A DNA stretch of 62,533 nt, filler included, from Basidiobolus ranarum (Eukaryota): the NCBI GenBank assembly GCA_040143965.1. It is 39 parts of 39 records of this genome, joined end to end, with 100 filler letters (N's around TTAATTAATTAA, not from the genome) between each part and the next. Parts side by side here need not be neighbours in the genome. Positions count along the whole stretch, not along the records: positions 24,144 to 25,651 come from JASJQH010011853.1; positions 25,752 to 27,258 come from JASJQH010011854.1; positions 27,359 to 28,865 come from JASJQH010011855.1; positions 28,966 to 30,472 come from JASJQH010011856.1; positions 30,573 to 32,078 come from JASJQH010011857.1; positions 32,179 to 33,684 come from JASJQH010011858.1; positions 33,785 to 35,290 come from JASJQH010011859.1; positions 35,391 to 36,895 come from JASJQH010011860.1; 31 more parts are not named here. The stretch is one strand, 5' to 3'. The position numbers and the translations under genes were made by a program. Shown here one piece after another: positions 24,144 through 36,995 of this stretch; position 1 is the stretch's first letter; each line of letters starts with the position of its first letter. The notes beneath the pieces are model-generated. The model was not told the DNA's origin, did no database searches, and saw nothing but the letters and a program-made list of their open reading frames with translations.

Positions 24144-25540
24144 ATGGAGATGTTGACACAAAGTCATGCTGGGTATGAGCTAAACCTTGGGAATAAAGAA
24201 CTCTATAAAATTATTCAGGAAAATATATCAAAGAGACTAGGGATTTCAAAGGTGACAAATTAGCATTCAAGTGGTAATTGCGTAAATTTTGAGTTATGTT
24301 TTTTGAACATGTGTTGATCCATAGTACTCTGAGACTGTAGCCAATCATGCGCAACTATTCTGTGAGATCTTGAAGTTTCACTCTTGAAACTGAAAAAATT
24401 GAGTAAAATCAAATCTAACTTGACAATTTTATGACAGTAAGTAAACGGTCAACCCCAAATGGATTAAAATTGTGACGGTTTTCCTACAATAGCAATCCTC
24501 AAATTTCTGTTAGGGGAGTCTTATAGGACCCAGCCATGGTAATTGACAGATCAAATCTTACTTGACAATTTTATAATGGTAAGTAAAAGGTCAATCCCAA
24601 ATGAATTAAAATTGTGACAGTTTCCCTACAATAGGAATTCTCCAATTTCTGTTAGGGAAAACACCTGTTGCAATTGGAGGGCTGGGAGTTTTATTTGCTG
24701 GTAATTAGCTTGTTGATAGTTGGCAGATCTTGGATAAACCTCAGACTTTGCACTCATCAAATTGACACACTTGGTTGCATAGTAAAGCAGGCCTTTTTGC
24801 CAGTACCACTGCTCATATACCTGACTGTGGAAATAAAAGTCTATATAATGGTGTCAGAGATTTGGTACATTGAACAGCCCAAAATCACAGGCTCCTTTGC
24901 TTTTCCCTTGGTTTTACTAACTTCCTGTGGACTGAGTACATCTTTGGCTGCTGTTCTTTCTTTTCCAAGTAAAAAATTGGGCACATTTTTGAGATGTTTG
25001 ATAAATAGGCCTATACTTGCCTAATTGCCATTTGTGTGCAAAACCCAAAATAAGTCAAGAACCTTCTGAGTAATGCCTGGTCTTTGATTTTTCTACAATT
25101 GGCTCAAATTGAGATGATTTTGGCCTAAATTTGGCATCATTTGCAAAAAGTTAAACCAATCATCATCTAAGCAAGTGAGAGTAGCTCTAATATTCAGAGT
25201 CTGTTGGTTTGCTGGTTTTCCTATTCAATTTCTACTTTCATGTGCCTACCAATTTTGGGTTGTTGTTTATGCTTCAAGGTCCATCACATAAGCTGCTCTG
25301 CTAGAGTGTCTTGATGACATTCATCAGTGTAGTGTTGGACTATTTACAATTCCATCTGAGAATGTATGGAGGGAGCAGCATGTTGCGGTAGCTCAAGTAC
25401 AGCATTCTGAAGATCTTGTATCACAGTTGAGTGACTCTCTAACTAATCATTAGTTGCTTCCAAACACTGCATCAAATGCAATATTGCTGCATTCTTGCTT
25501 ATCATAGCTTGTATGGCAGCTTTTAGTTTTTACTCATGAT
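24144..25540. mobile_element. Nested CMC fragments: two terminus-A copies (end 24515 and 24657) and ORF2 (-)
   Basis: Two TTTCTGTTAGGG ends; 24660-25540 matches 52270-52929 and 59005-59333 inverted. Confidence 0.78.
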
Positions 25541-25651
25541 TGTTGAAGTTTATTGTCTTTATCATATTTATTATCTCTATCTTTATACACCTAATTATTT
25601 CATATATCACATATAAGTTAGTTAACATTACTTAGTCAAATATCACTTAGC
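25541..25651 (+). repeat. LTR family C, partial
   Basis: TGTTGAAGTTTATTGTC start. Confidence 0.85.
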
Positions 25652-25751
25652 NNNNNNNNNNNNNNNNNNNNNNNNNNNNNNNNNNNNNNNNNNNNTTAAT
25701 TAATTAANNNNNNNNNNNNNNNNNNNNNNNNNNNNNNNNNNNNNNNNNNNN

Positions 25752-27237
25752 AGTAGCTAGTTTAGCTCCATTAGATCAATCCTGGCACTCTCAGCCATCC
25801 ATAACCTTGATCTACATTAAATGGATGTAAAAACAGCCTTTCTGAATGGAAATCCAGAAGAAGAGATCAATATGGAGAAACCAGATGGATTTGTTGACCC
25901 AAAACATCCTGACATGGTCTGTAAAAAGCAAAAATTGCTCTATGTACTCAGGCAAGCACCAAGGTCATGGCACAATATGACAGATAACTATTTGGAATCT
26001 CTGGAATTCCAAAAATGCACAGCAGATAAACCCAATCAGAAGCTTATGCTGAATCAGTCTAGATACATCCCAGACATCCTAAAATGCTTAAACATGGAGA
26101 ATTGGAAGCCTGTATCAACACCAATGGAACCCAATGTGAAATAAATTAAAATTTCATCTGATCTGGCCCAAAATGACTCAAATCAAAGCTGGGAGTTTCC
26201 TTATCAATTCATGGTTTGTAGTTTAATGTATACAATGGTTGGAACATGTCCAGACATTGCTGTGGCAGTGGGAACTGTCAGCAAATACCTCAAAAACTCA
26301 GGATCTGAGCACAAAACTGCAGTAAAACAAATATTCAGGTATTTGAGAGAAACTGTAGATCTAGTTCTGGAATACTCTGCCACTCCTGATGCACAAAATA
26401 TTGAAGGCTACCATGATGCAGACTGGGGAAGAAACCTTGATGATAGAAGATTGACAACTGGATACACTTTTCTCTATGGTGATGGAACCATAACTTGGAA
26501 TAGTAAGAAGCAACCAACAAAAACACTTTTGACTACAGAAGCAGAGTATATGGCTGTCTCTGCTACTACACAAGAAGCTATGTGGTTGAGGAAGTTCTTT
26601 ACAGATTTAGGATATAGGCAAAATCCTGCTATTACTGTATTTGAAGATAATCAAAGTTGTATTTCATCAGCTAAAAACCTTACATTTCATGCTAAAACAA
26701 AACATATATATATTAGTCATCATTTATTTAGAGAAGCAATAGAGAATGATATAATTGAACTTGTCTATCACCCTATGGAAGAAATGATAGCTGATATCTT
26801 AACACAACCTTTAGCTAAAGCACAATTTGAATTATTAAATATAACTTAGGTTTAAGAGAAATATAAAATAATTAGTTGAGTGGGAATGTTGAAATTAGGT
26901 AAAAGCAACTCATTATTTAGTAGTTAGTTTATTCATATTCTGATTGTTTAGCACTCAATTCTGTTATTCAAAAATGTGTGTTTATTGCTCTAATTGATAG
27001 AAATATCAATGAGATCACTTTTACCAATTTTTACTATTTTCTCAAACCTTTGCCAAATCACCTTAAATTTTCACCCATGCTTAACAGGCATGTTTGTTAT
27101 GATCTAAGCATGTCCAATAGTCCTATTTCATAGTAAACTATAAATAAGACATATTCAATTCAATAAAACTTAAGTGTCTAATTCACAAATCCAAATCTTG
27201 TCCAAAACACTTCCAAATCCCCTAAACACTTTTATCA
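25752..27237 (+). mobile_element. Copia RT/RNase H, PPT and 3' LTR family B (26887-27237)
   Basis: MDVKTAFLNG, QAPRSW, DADWG, FEDNQSCI, MIADILTQPL; GAGTGGGAA|TGTTGAAATTAGG. Confidence 0.95.
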
Positions 27238-27358
27238 GTTTTTGCTCTAAACATGGAANNNNNNNNNNNNNNNNNNNNNNNNNNNNNNNNNNNNNNNNNN
27301 NNTTAATTAATTAANNNNNNNNNNNNNNNNNNNNNNNNNNNNNNNNNNNNNNNNNNNN

Positions 27359-28555
27359 ATATCTTGTTACACAAGCTCCTGAATATCTCAAACAATTGAT
27401 TTACTTTTCTACTATAAAAGTCACCATATACTCTTAAGAATAAAGTTACTAACACACATTATTATAAGTTGCTTCTAAAACTCAAAGTCTACCCCCATTA
27501 TGTCAAGATCCTCCAACAGAAATTAATAGATGGCTGTGAGAAAACAGAACCTCTAAATATCATAGTATCTGGAAGAGACAAGTTGGTTGCATACAGAAGT
27601 GAGCAAGCAACCTCTGCTTTATAAATAAGTCAAAGCAATAATGTAATGCTAACCTTGGAAGATTCTGATATATTTTCTCATTTATGACAAACAAAGTTCA
27701 AATGGAGCAACTGAACACAACTATTCAGTGTATAAAATTGGATGGAATCAACTATCAAGTTTGGGAAATTAAGACAAAAATGTTGCTGCAAGAAAAAGGA
27801 CTATGGAATACTGTTGTAGGATAAGAAACTAATGCAAAATTATCTGCAACTAAAGTTAATTTCAGGTCAAAGAAGAGAAACATCCCTTTTACACATTGTG
27901 TCTTAATGTAAAAAGAAATTGCTAACTCAATATTCAAGAGCCAATGTTGCCTGCAAGGTATGTAAAGCCTTGGACAACACAGACCAAAATGTTCTGTTGC
28001 CAACAAAATACTTCTAAGAAGACAATTCTTTGTTACATTAATGAAGCCAGGAGAAAACATTACATCACTAATAGATATAGTCACCATGTTAATTGACAAA
28101 ATAGAATATATTGAAGTACATATCACTGATCAGGGTATCATAGTCACAGTCCCAAACAGCCTGCCAGACATGTATCAGAGTCTAGCAATGGCTTTAAAAT
28201 CCAGAAGCCAGATTTTACATTAAGTTATATTTCAGTCAGACTCCTAGATAAGGACTTTTGCAAATCAGGATCCAATGAAGAGAATGCAGACAATGCTTTA
28301 GTAGGCCATGGAAACCTCCCTTTAAAGGTCAAATGCACTTTAAGAAGAAATGTCAACACTCTCAATTACTATAAAAGAAATGGCCAATAAAGCAAAGATT
28401 CTGTAAAAAATAATGCAAAGGAAGAAAACTATGCTGAATCTGGTAATGTGTTACCAATAATGTTAGCTTGTTTACATCTGCTCTACTTGATTAGTCAGGA
28501 TGTATTGTAACTGATCAGAATGGATATTATTAAGCCTTAGAAGAAAAGAATCAGA
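27359..28555 (+). mobile_element. LTR-D end (to 27518) and decayed copia gag
   Basis: CCTCCAACA LTR end; gag motifs KLDGINYQVWEIK and SLPDMYQSL; SGCIVTDQNG. Confidence 0.85.
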
Positions 28556-28556
28556 G

Positions 28557-28865
28557 TGTCAGTTGCACTCTCTGGGCTAACTCTAACTGTAGTTCTTGCC
28601 TCTTCAACCAGAGTAGAAGCTTCATCTCTTTCAACTGGCCATTGCCATGGTTGCATTCCAATATGTGTTGGAGCAAGTTGTATACCTTGAGGCTCGCATT
28701 TGGCAGTTCTTGCCTCTTCAACCATGGTAGAAGCTTCATCTCTTTTGACTGGCTGCCGTGACCTCTGTTGCATGGCAGAACGCGTCGGAGCATATTGTCT
28801 ACCTTGAGGTTTGTGTTTGACTGTTGTGGCTTCTTCAAGCTCAGTAAGAGCTTCACTATCTCTCT
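28557..28865 (-). repeat. Coding-type tandem repeat (114-120 bp units), KEX2-processed repeat peptide-like
   Basis: GTTCTTGCCTCTTCAACC at 28592 and 28706; open minus frame with (K/E)RDEAST.VEEART..K..PQG units. Confidence 0.6.
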
Positions 28866-29469
28866 NNNNNNNNNNNNNNNNNNNNNNNNNNNNNNNNNNN
28901 NNNNNNNNNTTAATTAATTAANNNNNNNNNNNNNNNNNNNNNNNNNNNNNNNNNNNNNNNNNNNNAATCCACTTTTGTAATGGCCGTTTTCAGGGATCCT
29001 GCTAAAAGACCCTAATCCCGAAAAAAAAATCCCATCTCAAATAGAAGTTTTAGATATATACAGTTGGAAATAATAGTAACCTAGACTCTATGTATAGATT
29101 ATTCAGATGCTAAACGGAATCTTGGTAATCAATGTATAAAATCAAGCAGTCTGCATACACTTTTTCTAATGCTAACCGGGATTGTTTCCAATAATTTGAA
29201 AAAATAAACCTTTGAATTTGGAAAATATTTTACTAATTGATTGTGATTTTATGTGTAGAAATGACAGTTTCCATTAGTGTATGCATATCTGGCCTTCCTC
29301 CATTTTTTAACCAGGTCTAGTGGCTTAACCACGGTTGAGATTTCTGCGAGTATGTATAGGTTCTATGAACTCGTCGCTAGAAAAGTCTGAAGGTTGATCA
29401 ATGTTACAATTGTTGAAATGAACATAGCCTAAACTTCTATTATATTTCAATAAGATATCACCATTCTCA

Positions 29470-29683
29470 ATCAGAATTTACCTGGAAGTTCTCAGATGTA
29501 TAGATTTTTCATGCTTGTTCTAGAGGTCCCAAACCTTGTACACATGTACATAGGAGCTTCTTTAACACATTCTATATGTTTTCTGTCTACCCCTTGACAA
29601 AACTATAAATGTCAACTTTCACTCAATAAATCAATAAATGAAAACCACCAATTCTTCTAGTTCTCCAAGTCACTTCTAACAAC
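29470..29683 (+). repeat. LTR family A fragment
   Basis: GAAGTTCTCAGATGTATAGATTTTTC...GAAAACCACCAATT. Confidence 0.8.
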
Positions 29684-30572
29684 AATAAGAGTACCCATAG
29701 AGATTTCTTTTGATTCTATTTGCTTGATGTGGATCAGTATTTATCTGACAATATTAAATTTAATGTTAGCAATTCCTCGTTTGTACAATAATCCTAACGG
29801 ATGAAGAGATAAACGGATAATAACGCATCGTTTTACTAGTTGTAATGATAATCAGAGTTCCTAAGATATCAAAGTCGATTTTATTACATGCTATTAGCTA
29901 ATGATCAATTATGGTTGCTGATCCAACAAACAGCTCATTAGAAAGTATTCCTATATATGTTAATGAGCACTATTTTGATTGCACGTAGGATTAGTAAACT
30001 CACTGCAAATATCGCCTATTGAAAAAGGGTACGATTAGTCAAAGTACAATACTACTGGTGAGCGAACTTTGATTATTAACAATTTCGAATTTTCTAAAGT
30101 TATAAAATATCTTACACATCATTTAATACTAGAATAACTCAACTTAGAAGCAACTTGGACTGGAGTGATTGTGAAGTACAACGAAGAAGTAGGCCAATGT
30201 AATTTGGAGCATATTCAACTGAAATGTAATACGCTTTTATGTTGGAGTGGTTCTTCAGAAATACATGAGCTTTAAGTATTGCTGTCTAGGATTCATCCAC
30301 TACTTCAGTGGTATCTTATCAGACAATTAATACACCATTCTAACGCTAGATAACTTGGCAGAGTTAGGATTGTGTATATGGTAGCTCTATTATGTACTTT
30401 AAATTGAGAGTTGAGTAAGTTAGGGTGGTGCATTATATAGTAAGTGAAATATTCTGCTGTGGGCTAACAAGTNNNNNNNNNNNNNNNNNNNNNNNNNNNN
30501 NNNNNNNNNNNNNNNNTTAATTAATTAANNNNNNNNNNNNNNNNNNNNNNNNNNNNNNNNNNNNNNNNNNNN

Positions 30573-32078
30573 AAAATCTATATATCTGAGAACTTCTAAG
30601 TTGGTAAAAATATTCTAAGTAAATTCCGATTGAGAATAATTGATAATATCTTAGTGAATTATAAGATAACTAAGTACTAAGCTGTATATGACTATATAGG
30701 TGTTTAGGCAATGCTAATTTCAACAGAAATGTGGTTGTAACAGAAGATCACTTGTTCATATCTGCTCTATCTATGACATCCAACAAGGATTCTCAGATGT
30801 GGTATATTGATTCTGAAGCCTCTCAACATTTCACAAATGAAAATCATTGGTTTGTGGATTATAAAGAAAACCTAATGAGAAAAGATTTCATGGGAGATCA
30901 CTGTACATTGGATGCCTTTGGAATGGGAACAATTCAAGTAATTTTAACTGGTGCTTCTGAAGAGAAAGCAAATACTTCTAAGGATATACTACATGTTCCA
31001 GATATTGACAAGAATTTAATATCTTCAGGCAAGACCATGTTGGAAGGGCTAAAAGTCAATTTTGATAAGTCAGGATTCATCATCATTTATCAAAATGGGA
31101 AATATTTAGCTTTGGGGAAAAAGGATCAGAACTGATACACACTTACATATAATCCAAGAGGTTTATATGTAAACATAAGTTATTCCAATCTACAAACTGC
31201 TCAATTATAGCATAAGAAATTTGGCCATGTTGGATTTGATTACTTCAGCAAAGTGATCAAAAATTGCCCATTTTCTGGAATTCAAATTAATCCCCAACCA
31301 AATTAAAGATTAGTGAGGGATGGATCTATGGAAAACAAGCCAGACAATCATTCAAGGGCTTTGGTTTAATCAAATCTGTCAAAAAATTGGATCTAATTCA
31401 CTCAGATTTGTGTGGACTTACACAAAATCAATCTTAAGGTGGAAAAAGATTTTTAATCACATTTATTGATGGTTATACAAGATACACTTGGGTCTACTTT
31501 ATGCAAGGAAAAGAATAAGCTCTCTCTATCTTTAAAGATTTTGAAACACTTGTGGAGACTGAAATTATAACTAAAATCTAGGAAAACATACTGATAATGG
31601 TGGAGAATATGCTTCAACCCTATTTAAGCACTTTTGCAAAGTTCATGGAATTAAGCAAGAAACTACTGCCCCTATTCTCCTCAGCAAAACGCAGTTGCTG
31701 AAAGAGCTTATAGTACTAAAATAGAAATGGCAAGATCTATGATAAATGCACCAAATTTATCTCATAATTTTTGGGCAGAATATGTTGCCATAGCTGTATA
31801 TCTGAAGAATAGGAGTTTCACTATAAGTCTGCTTAACTCTACACAATAGCAAGCATTGTTTGGAGTTAAACCTGACATATAACATATGAGGATCTTTGGA
31901 TACATTGCTTATTTCAAAATTATGACCCAAAATCTGTTGAAATTAGCATTGCCTAAACACCTATATTGTCATATATAGCTTAGTACTTAGTTATCTTATA
32001 ATTCACTAAGATATTATCAATTATTCTCAATTGGAATTTACTCAGAATATTTTTACTAACTTAGAAGTTCTCAGATAT
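30573..32078 (+). mobile_element. Copia protease-integrase (30726-31934) bounded by two independent LTR-A ends
   Basis: WYIDSEASQH, HKKFGH, LIHSDLCG, TDNGGEY, PQQNAVAER; LTR-A inverted end at 30725 and start at 31935. Confidence 0.93.
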
Positions 32079-32178
32079 NNNNNNNNNNNNNNNNNNNNNN
32101 NNNNNNNNNNNNNNNNNNNNNNTTAATTAATTAANNNNNNNNNNNNNNNNNNNNNNNNNNNNNNNNNNNNNNNNNNNN

Positions 32179-32781
32179 AGCGATTCATTGATGGTAATCT
32201 ACTCTCATCGTTATTTCAGACGGGATCAGCCAAATGATTATTACCTTGTTCAACGTGTGAAGAATCCATATTCCCGAACCAAGGTAGCATCTCTGATGCC
32301 AGAGGTAGGGGCAAGTACAATCGCTAAGCCGACCTCACTTCCTGCTTCACCTGCATCATCACTCTCATCAGCAATATCCTTATGTCCCACTATCTGCGCT
32401 CAACCAATATCTCAGGATGGAGCTGGACTGGTATGCACTGAAGCATCAGTGGGGCATTGCTTGAATTGCAGTTTACTTAGACAAGAGATAGAATTAATGA
32501 GTAAACTGATTAAGTATTACACGTCTCTAGTAAACGGATTAGCGATATTGGATACCCCAGTAAATGAAAGTTCACTATCATTACAAACTCCTATTGCCTC
32601 AAATTTTCAAGAAATTGGGATCTCAGATAGGTCTTTACTGTTCTCCACAGACGTCCCATCCTTCCTTGATATGTCATTGAGCCTGGAATCTAATTACAAT
32701 CCTATCCTTTACCCTAACAATTACTCTCATGCTTCATCGCTTGTAAATACTTCATTACTCTCGAAAACAGGAACTTTATGA
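32179..32781 (+). CDS. Putative HSF-type transcription factor, 3' fragment
   Basis: YSHRYFRRDQPNDYYLVQR resembles the end of the HSF DNA-binding domain (F.HP.F.R..P.LL..I.R); Ser/Pro-rich tail; CpG retained. Confidence 0.5.
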   Translation, partial: SDSLMVIYSHRYFRRDQPNDYYLVQRVKNPYSRTKVASLMPEVGASTIAKPTSLPASPASSLSSAISLCPTICAQPISQDGAGLVCTEASVGHCLNCSLLRQEIELMSKLIKYYTSLVNGLAILDTPVNESSLSLQTPIASNFQEIGISDRSLLFSTDVPSFLDMSLSLESNYNPILYPNNYSHASSLVNTSLLSKTGTL

Positions 32782-33784
32782 TAAATCTTTGAATATTCTG
32801 TATGCAAGCCAATATTCAGTTCATAATGATGGCAAAAATAATATTTCCTCTCCGTTGCATCGCTTTTTGCTAATAAAACAAATTTCTACAAATATAATTG
32901 CTAATAATATGAGTGCAGCCTACCATGGTCATTTAATGAGGTTTTGTTTTGATAAAGTAATCTATGTACGAGAAACTAATGTTGTCCAATTTGGTTTGCC
33001 GTGAGAATAGACATGCATATGCGCACACGTAATAGTGAATCTCTTCATTCCACTTTCAAGATGAGCCTCTAACCATTCAGAAAAACCCCGTGTTGACAAA
33101 TTTCATTTTATGGCAAAGGCATCATCCATATTCTATTTTTAGTACATTTGTTGCTGGACTAAATTCATTCACTTGAGACAGCCAAACACAAAGGAAATCA
33201 AACACGAAGATTAACAGCATTAACTACAACCACACACATGCCTAAATACAGTCTAATCTCGATGAAGTTCTGTGTCAAACAAAAATCCTTTGCTAAAGCC
33301 ATCGTGATCAAATGCTAGTGCTTACATTAGGTCTACCGAGTCTACAGAACAATCAACTCGATGAATTCCATTTACCCCCCTCGTTAAAAATTAACATTTA
33401 TTTTAATACATTTCAAGTTACTGCCAAATTGAGAGCAATGATCGGGATAGAAGATAGTGGAAGTGTTTTCGTTAAAGGAGAAAGGTAAAACAGTGGAATA
33501 CAGAGATGATAACATGTCTGGATCCTCGAAATCTCGATAGTTGGTGGTTTTACTCCCAATGCTCATAGTTCGCTGAACATAAACTTGTAATACTCAATAG
33601 TTTTACTTAGATAAGCTTTTTCTTGAGCGAGAATTTTGCAATCCCAACAGTTGTGAGTTACCATATTTTCATACCTTATTTCACNNNNNNNNNNNNNNNN
33701 NNNNNNNNNNNNNNNNNNNNNNNNNNNNTTAATTAATTAANNNNNNNNNNNNNNNNNNNNNNNNNNNNNNNNNNNNNNNNNNNN

Positions 33785-35290
33785 GGCTTTAGCACTTTGT
33801 AGATTCTCCTTTCATAGTTTCCCATAGCGTTCCTTTCTTGGTACCATACTCTTAATCATTTGTCAGTGGTCATTAGCACTTCATAAACTCATGTGTCAGC
33901 ATTCTTTAGCACTGCGTAAACTCTGCATTAAGTATTTCTCATACCCATCGTCGTTTGTCAGTTGTCTTTAGCACTGCGTGAATTCTCTTTTTAGTGTGTC
34001 CATACCGTTCGTTTCTTGGCAGAGTAACAATTTTGCGGTACTATTGTTTCCTCTACCCGTTGTTTCTTGACACCATACCTTTTGACATTTATCAGTATTC
34101 TTACGCACTTTGTAGACTCTGCTTGAAGTATTTCCCATAGTCAGCAGGCTTTAGCTCTTAGTAGACTTCGCTATTAGTGTTTCCCGTACCCGACATTTGC
34201 TATCACCATACCCTTCATCATTTTTCAATAGTATTTAGCGCTTTGTAGACTTTTCTTAAAGTGTTGCTCATACCCATCGTTTGTTATCACCATACCCTTT
34301 ATCATTTGTGAGCAATTCTTAAGACTCGTAAACTCTTTTACAAGTGATTCCCATACCGCTTGGTTTTTGGCACCATACTTTTCTCTTTTATCAATACGTT
34401 TTTGCACTTTGTAGCACCTGCTTTGAATGTATCCCAGCACTTTGTGGACTCTACTTTAAGTGCTTTCCATACCCATGGTTTCTTGGCACCATACTCTGTT
34501 TCCCATACCAGTAGCTTCTTGGCACCATATGCTTCGTCATTTGTCAGTAGTCTTAACTTACATACCTGCCGTTTCTTGGCACCATACCCTTTGGCATTTA
34601 TCAATGGTCTTTAGCTGCTCGTAGACTCTACTTTAAGTGTTTTCCATACCCGTCGTTTGTGGCATCATACTCTTCATCGTTTGTCAGCGATCTTTAGCTC
34701 TTCGTATACTCTCCATTAAATGTTTCACACACCCTTCGTTTGTGGCACCATACTCTTCATTGTTTGCCAGTGGTTTTTAGCTCTTCGTATACTCTCAATT
34801 AAGTGTTTCACGTACCCGTCGTTATTGGGACCATACTCTTCATTGTTTGTCAGTGATCTTTAGCTCTTCATATACTCTCCATTAAGTGTTTCACAGACCC
34901 GTCGTTTGTGGCACCATACTCTTCATCGCTTGTCAGCGATCTTTAGCTCTTCGTATACTCTCCATTAAATGTTTCACACACCCTTCGTTTGTGGCACCAC
35001 ACTCTTCATCGTTTGCCAGTGATCTTTAGCTCTCCGTATACTCTCCATCAAGTGTTTCCATACCCGTCGTTATTGGCACCATACTCTTCATCGTTTGCCA
35101 GGGTTTTTAGCTCTTTGTATACTCTCCTATAAGTGTCTCCCATACCCGTCGTTTTTGGCACCAGACTCTTCATCATTATTCAGTGGTCTTTAGCTCTCCG
35201 TAAACTCTCCTATAAATATTTCCCATAACGCTCATTCCTTGGCACCCTACCGTTACCATAACTTTAATCGTTTGCAAGCAGTCTTTACCA
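33785..35290. repeat. 82-83 bp tandem satellite
   Basis: Unit starts at 34651, 34734, 34817, 34900, 34983, 35065 and 35147; core TGGCACCATACTCTTCATCGTTTG; degenerate copies fill the left half. Confidence 0.93.
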
Positions 35291-36995
35291 NNNNNNNNNN
35301 NNNNNNNNNNNNNNNNNNNNNNNNNNNNNNNNNNTTAATTAATTAANNNNNNNNNNNNNNNNNNNNNNNNNNNNNNNNNNNNNNNNNNNNTGAATCCAGC
35401 TCAAAGTTCTCCAGAGTGGTGCTGGATCAATAATATCAAAAGGTACGTTTTCCTCTGTATATCTTTCGTCCTCAATTTGCATTCAAGTAACAATATAATA
35501 GCAGATCTGATCACCAGACCTGTACTAAGGATTCTGACTGTCTTTTCGATAATACTTCCTGTGCCAAAAATCACTGCGCTCTCTTTTAACTCGATCAGCA
35601 TATTTAACTCAATATTCGCATGCAAGGCAATAAATAAATAAGATATCTTTCTATGGAATACCATTCTATGAAATATAAATACGAAAAGAGTTGCTTATCG
35701 AGATTGGTACTATTCTCTTGTTCTGATAAAGATGGAGTTTTCATAGACTATCAAATAGTAATTATGGTCTGAATAAAAGAATGCTTAACAAAGCTTGTAC
35801 TAATACTAAGTATATGTTAGCATGGTGGTTACACATGACCCGTAAGATACTGCAGAAAATTGTGCAAAAAAAGGATATTTAGATACAGAGATCTTCTGGC
35901 TAGTTAGTTATTACCATCGCTAGTGCAAGACGAGGTTCTTCACTCTCAAAGCACAGGCAATTTAATTAGCATAAGCTTCAGAATATATTAGGACTTTAAG
36001 CAGCATACCGATTGGAGTAGCCGTAATACGTTTATTCAACAAAGCTGCTACTATCACTGCCGTAATGGTATGTCTACAACATCTTCACTGTGGGTCCAAT
36101 ACATATACAGTTCAATAAATATCAGTTTCTTGATAGGTGGTGAGTACATGTGATACATACACATAGACTTTATTTGAGTATCTCAATTTTATTATGCACC
36201 ACTCTGATCAATCGAGGAAGTAAGAGTATTCATTTGACAATGATTAAAACGAGCTTCCTGCTTTTGTCCTAAACTCTTTGAAGGAATAGTTTCACGTGAA
36301 CTTCTGTCCAGCCCAACTCAGATGGAAGCATAGAATTCTGTTGTAGAACATAACGCGTTTCAATAATATACTTTGTTTTGTAGCTACCTGGTTACTAATT
36401 TGCAAACAGGCTTGCTTGACTCACCTAAACTCGATTAAACTAGTGCACTCCGGTGTGTGTGGGCAACGCCAGTTGGATCTTGATAGTAATCTCCATATTT
36501 ATATTGTGATTCAATAGTTTAACACATGACTATCAACCAAAAATACCATATAAAAGCGCCTTCCAATGTGTAGTTCAGTATACAAACATCCACTACACTC
36601 TGGAGTCATTGTCCGACATTTCCGCTATTCAGTCTTCAGCTTGTTGGTATCTCGAAGAAGGCACTCCATTATGACATCTGACTGAAAGTTTCCACCTTGA
36701 TCGCGGAAATTGTTCAGGGGCAGGAATTCTATCTTAGAACCCTTCAATATCAACCAATGGAGTATTGTTAGAGCATTATTCGATATAGCCGTAATCAATA
36801 CTGAATAAAGGAATGTTTGATAAAATCGGATTTATATTCATATGTTATGAATATTATACGAGCTACTGTAAAGTGAAACGTAAAGGTAAATCAACNNNNN
36901 NNNNNNNNNNNNNNNNNNNNNNNNNNNNNNNNNNNNNNNTTAATTAATTAANNNNNNNNNNNNNNNNNNNNNNNNNNNNNNNNNNNNNNNNNNNN

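Noticed and set aside
30573-32078. Complete mini-element bounded by two LTR-A copies
   Set aside because: The LTRs are in opposite, outward-facing orientation without PBS or PPT; these are two separate insertions
33785-35290. CRISPR array or repeat protein (YGAKK ORFs)
   Set aside because: Whole units are homologous with no unique spacers; the 82-83 bp period breaks frame; no cas genes; eukaryotic source
35391-36895. Gene or element in this contig (similarly 28966-30472 and 40380-41170)
   Set aside because: No recognisable ORF, repeat or RNA structure by eye beyond the listed LTR fragment; treated as intergenic
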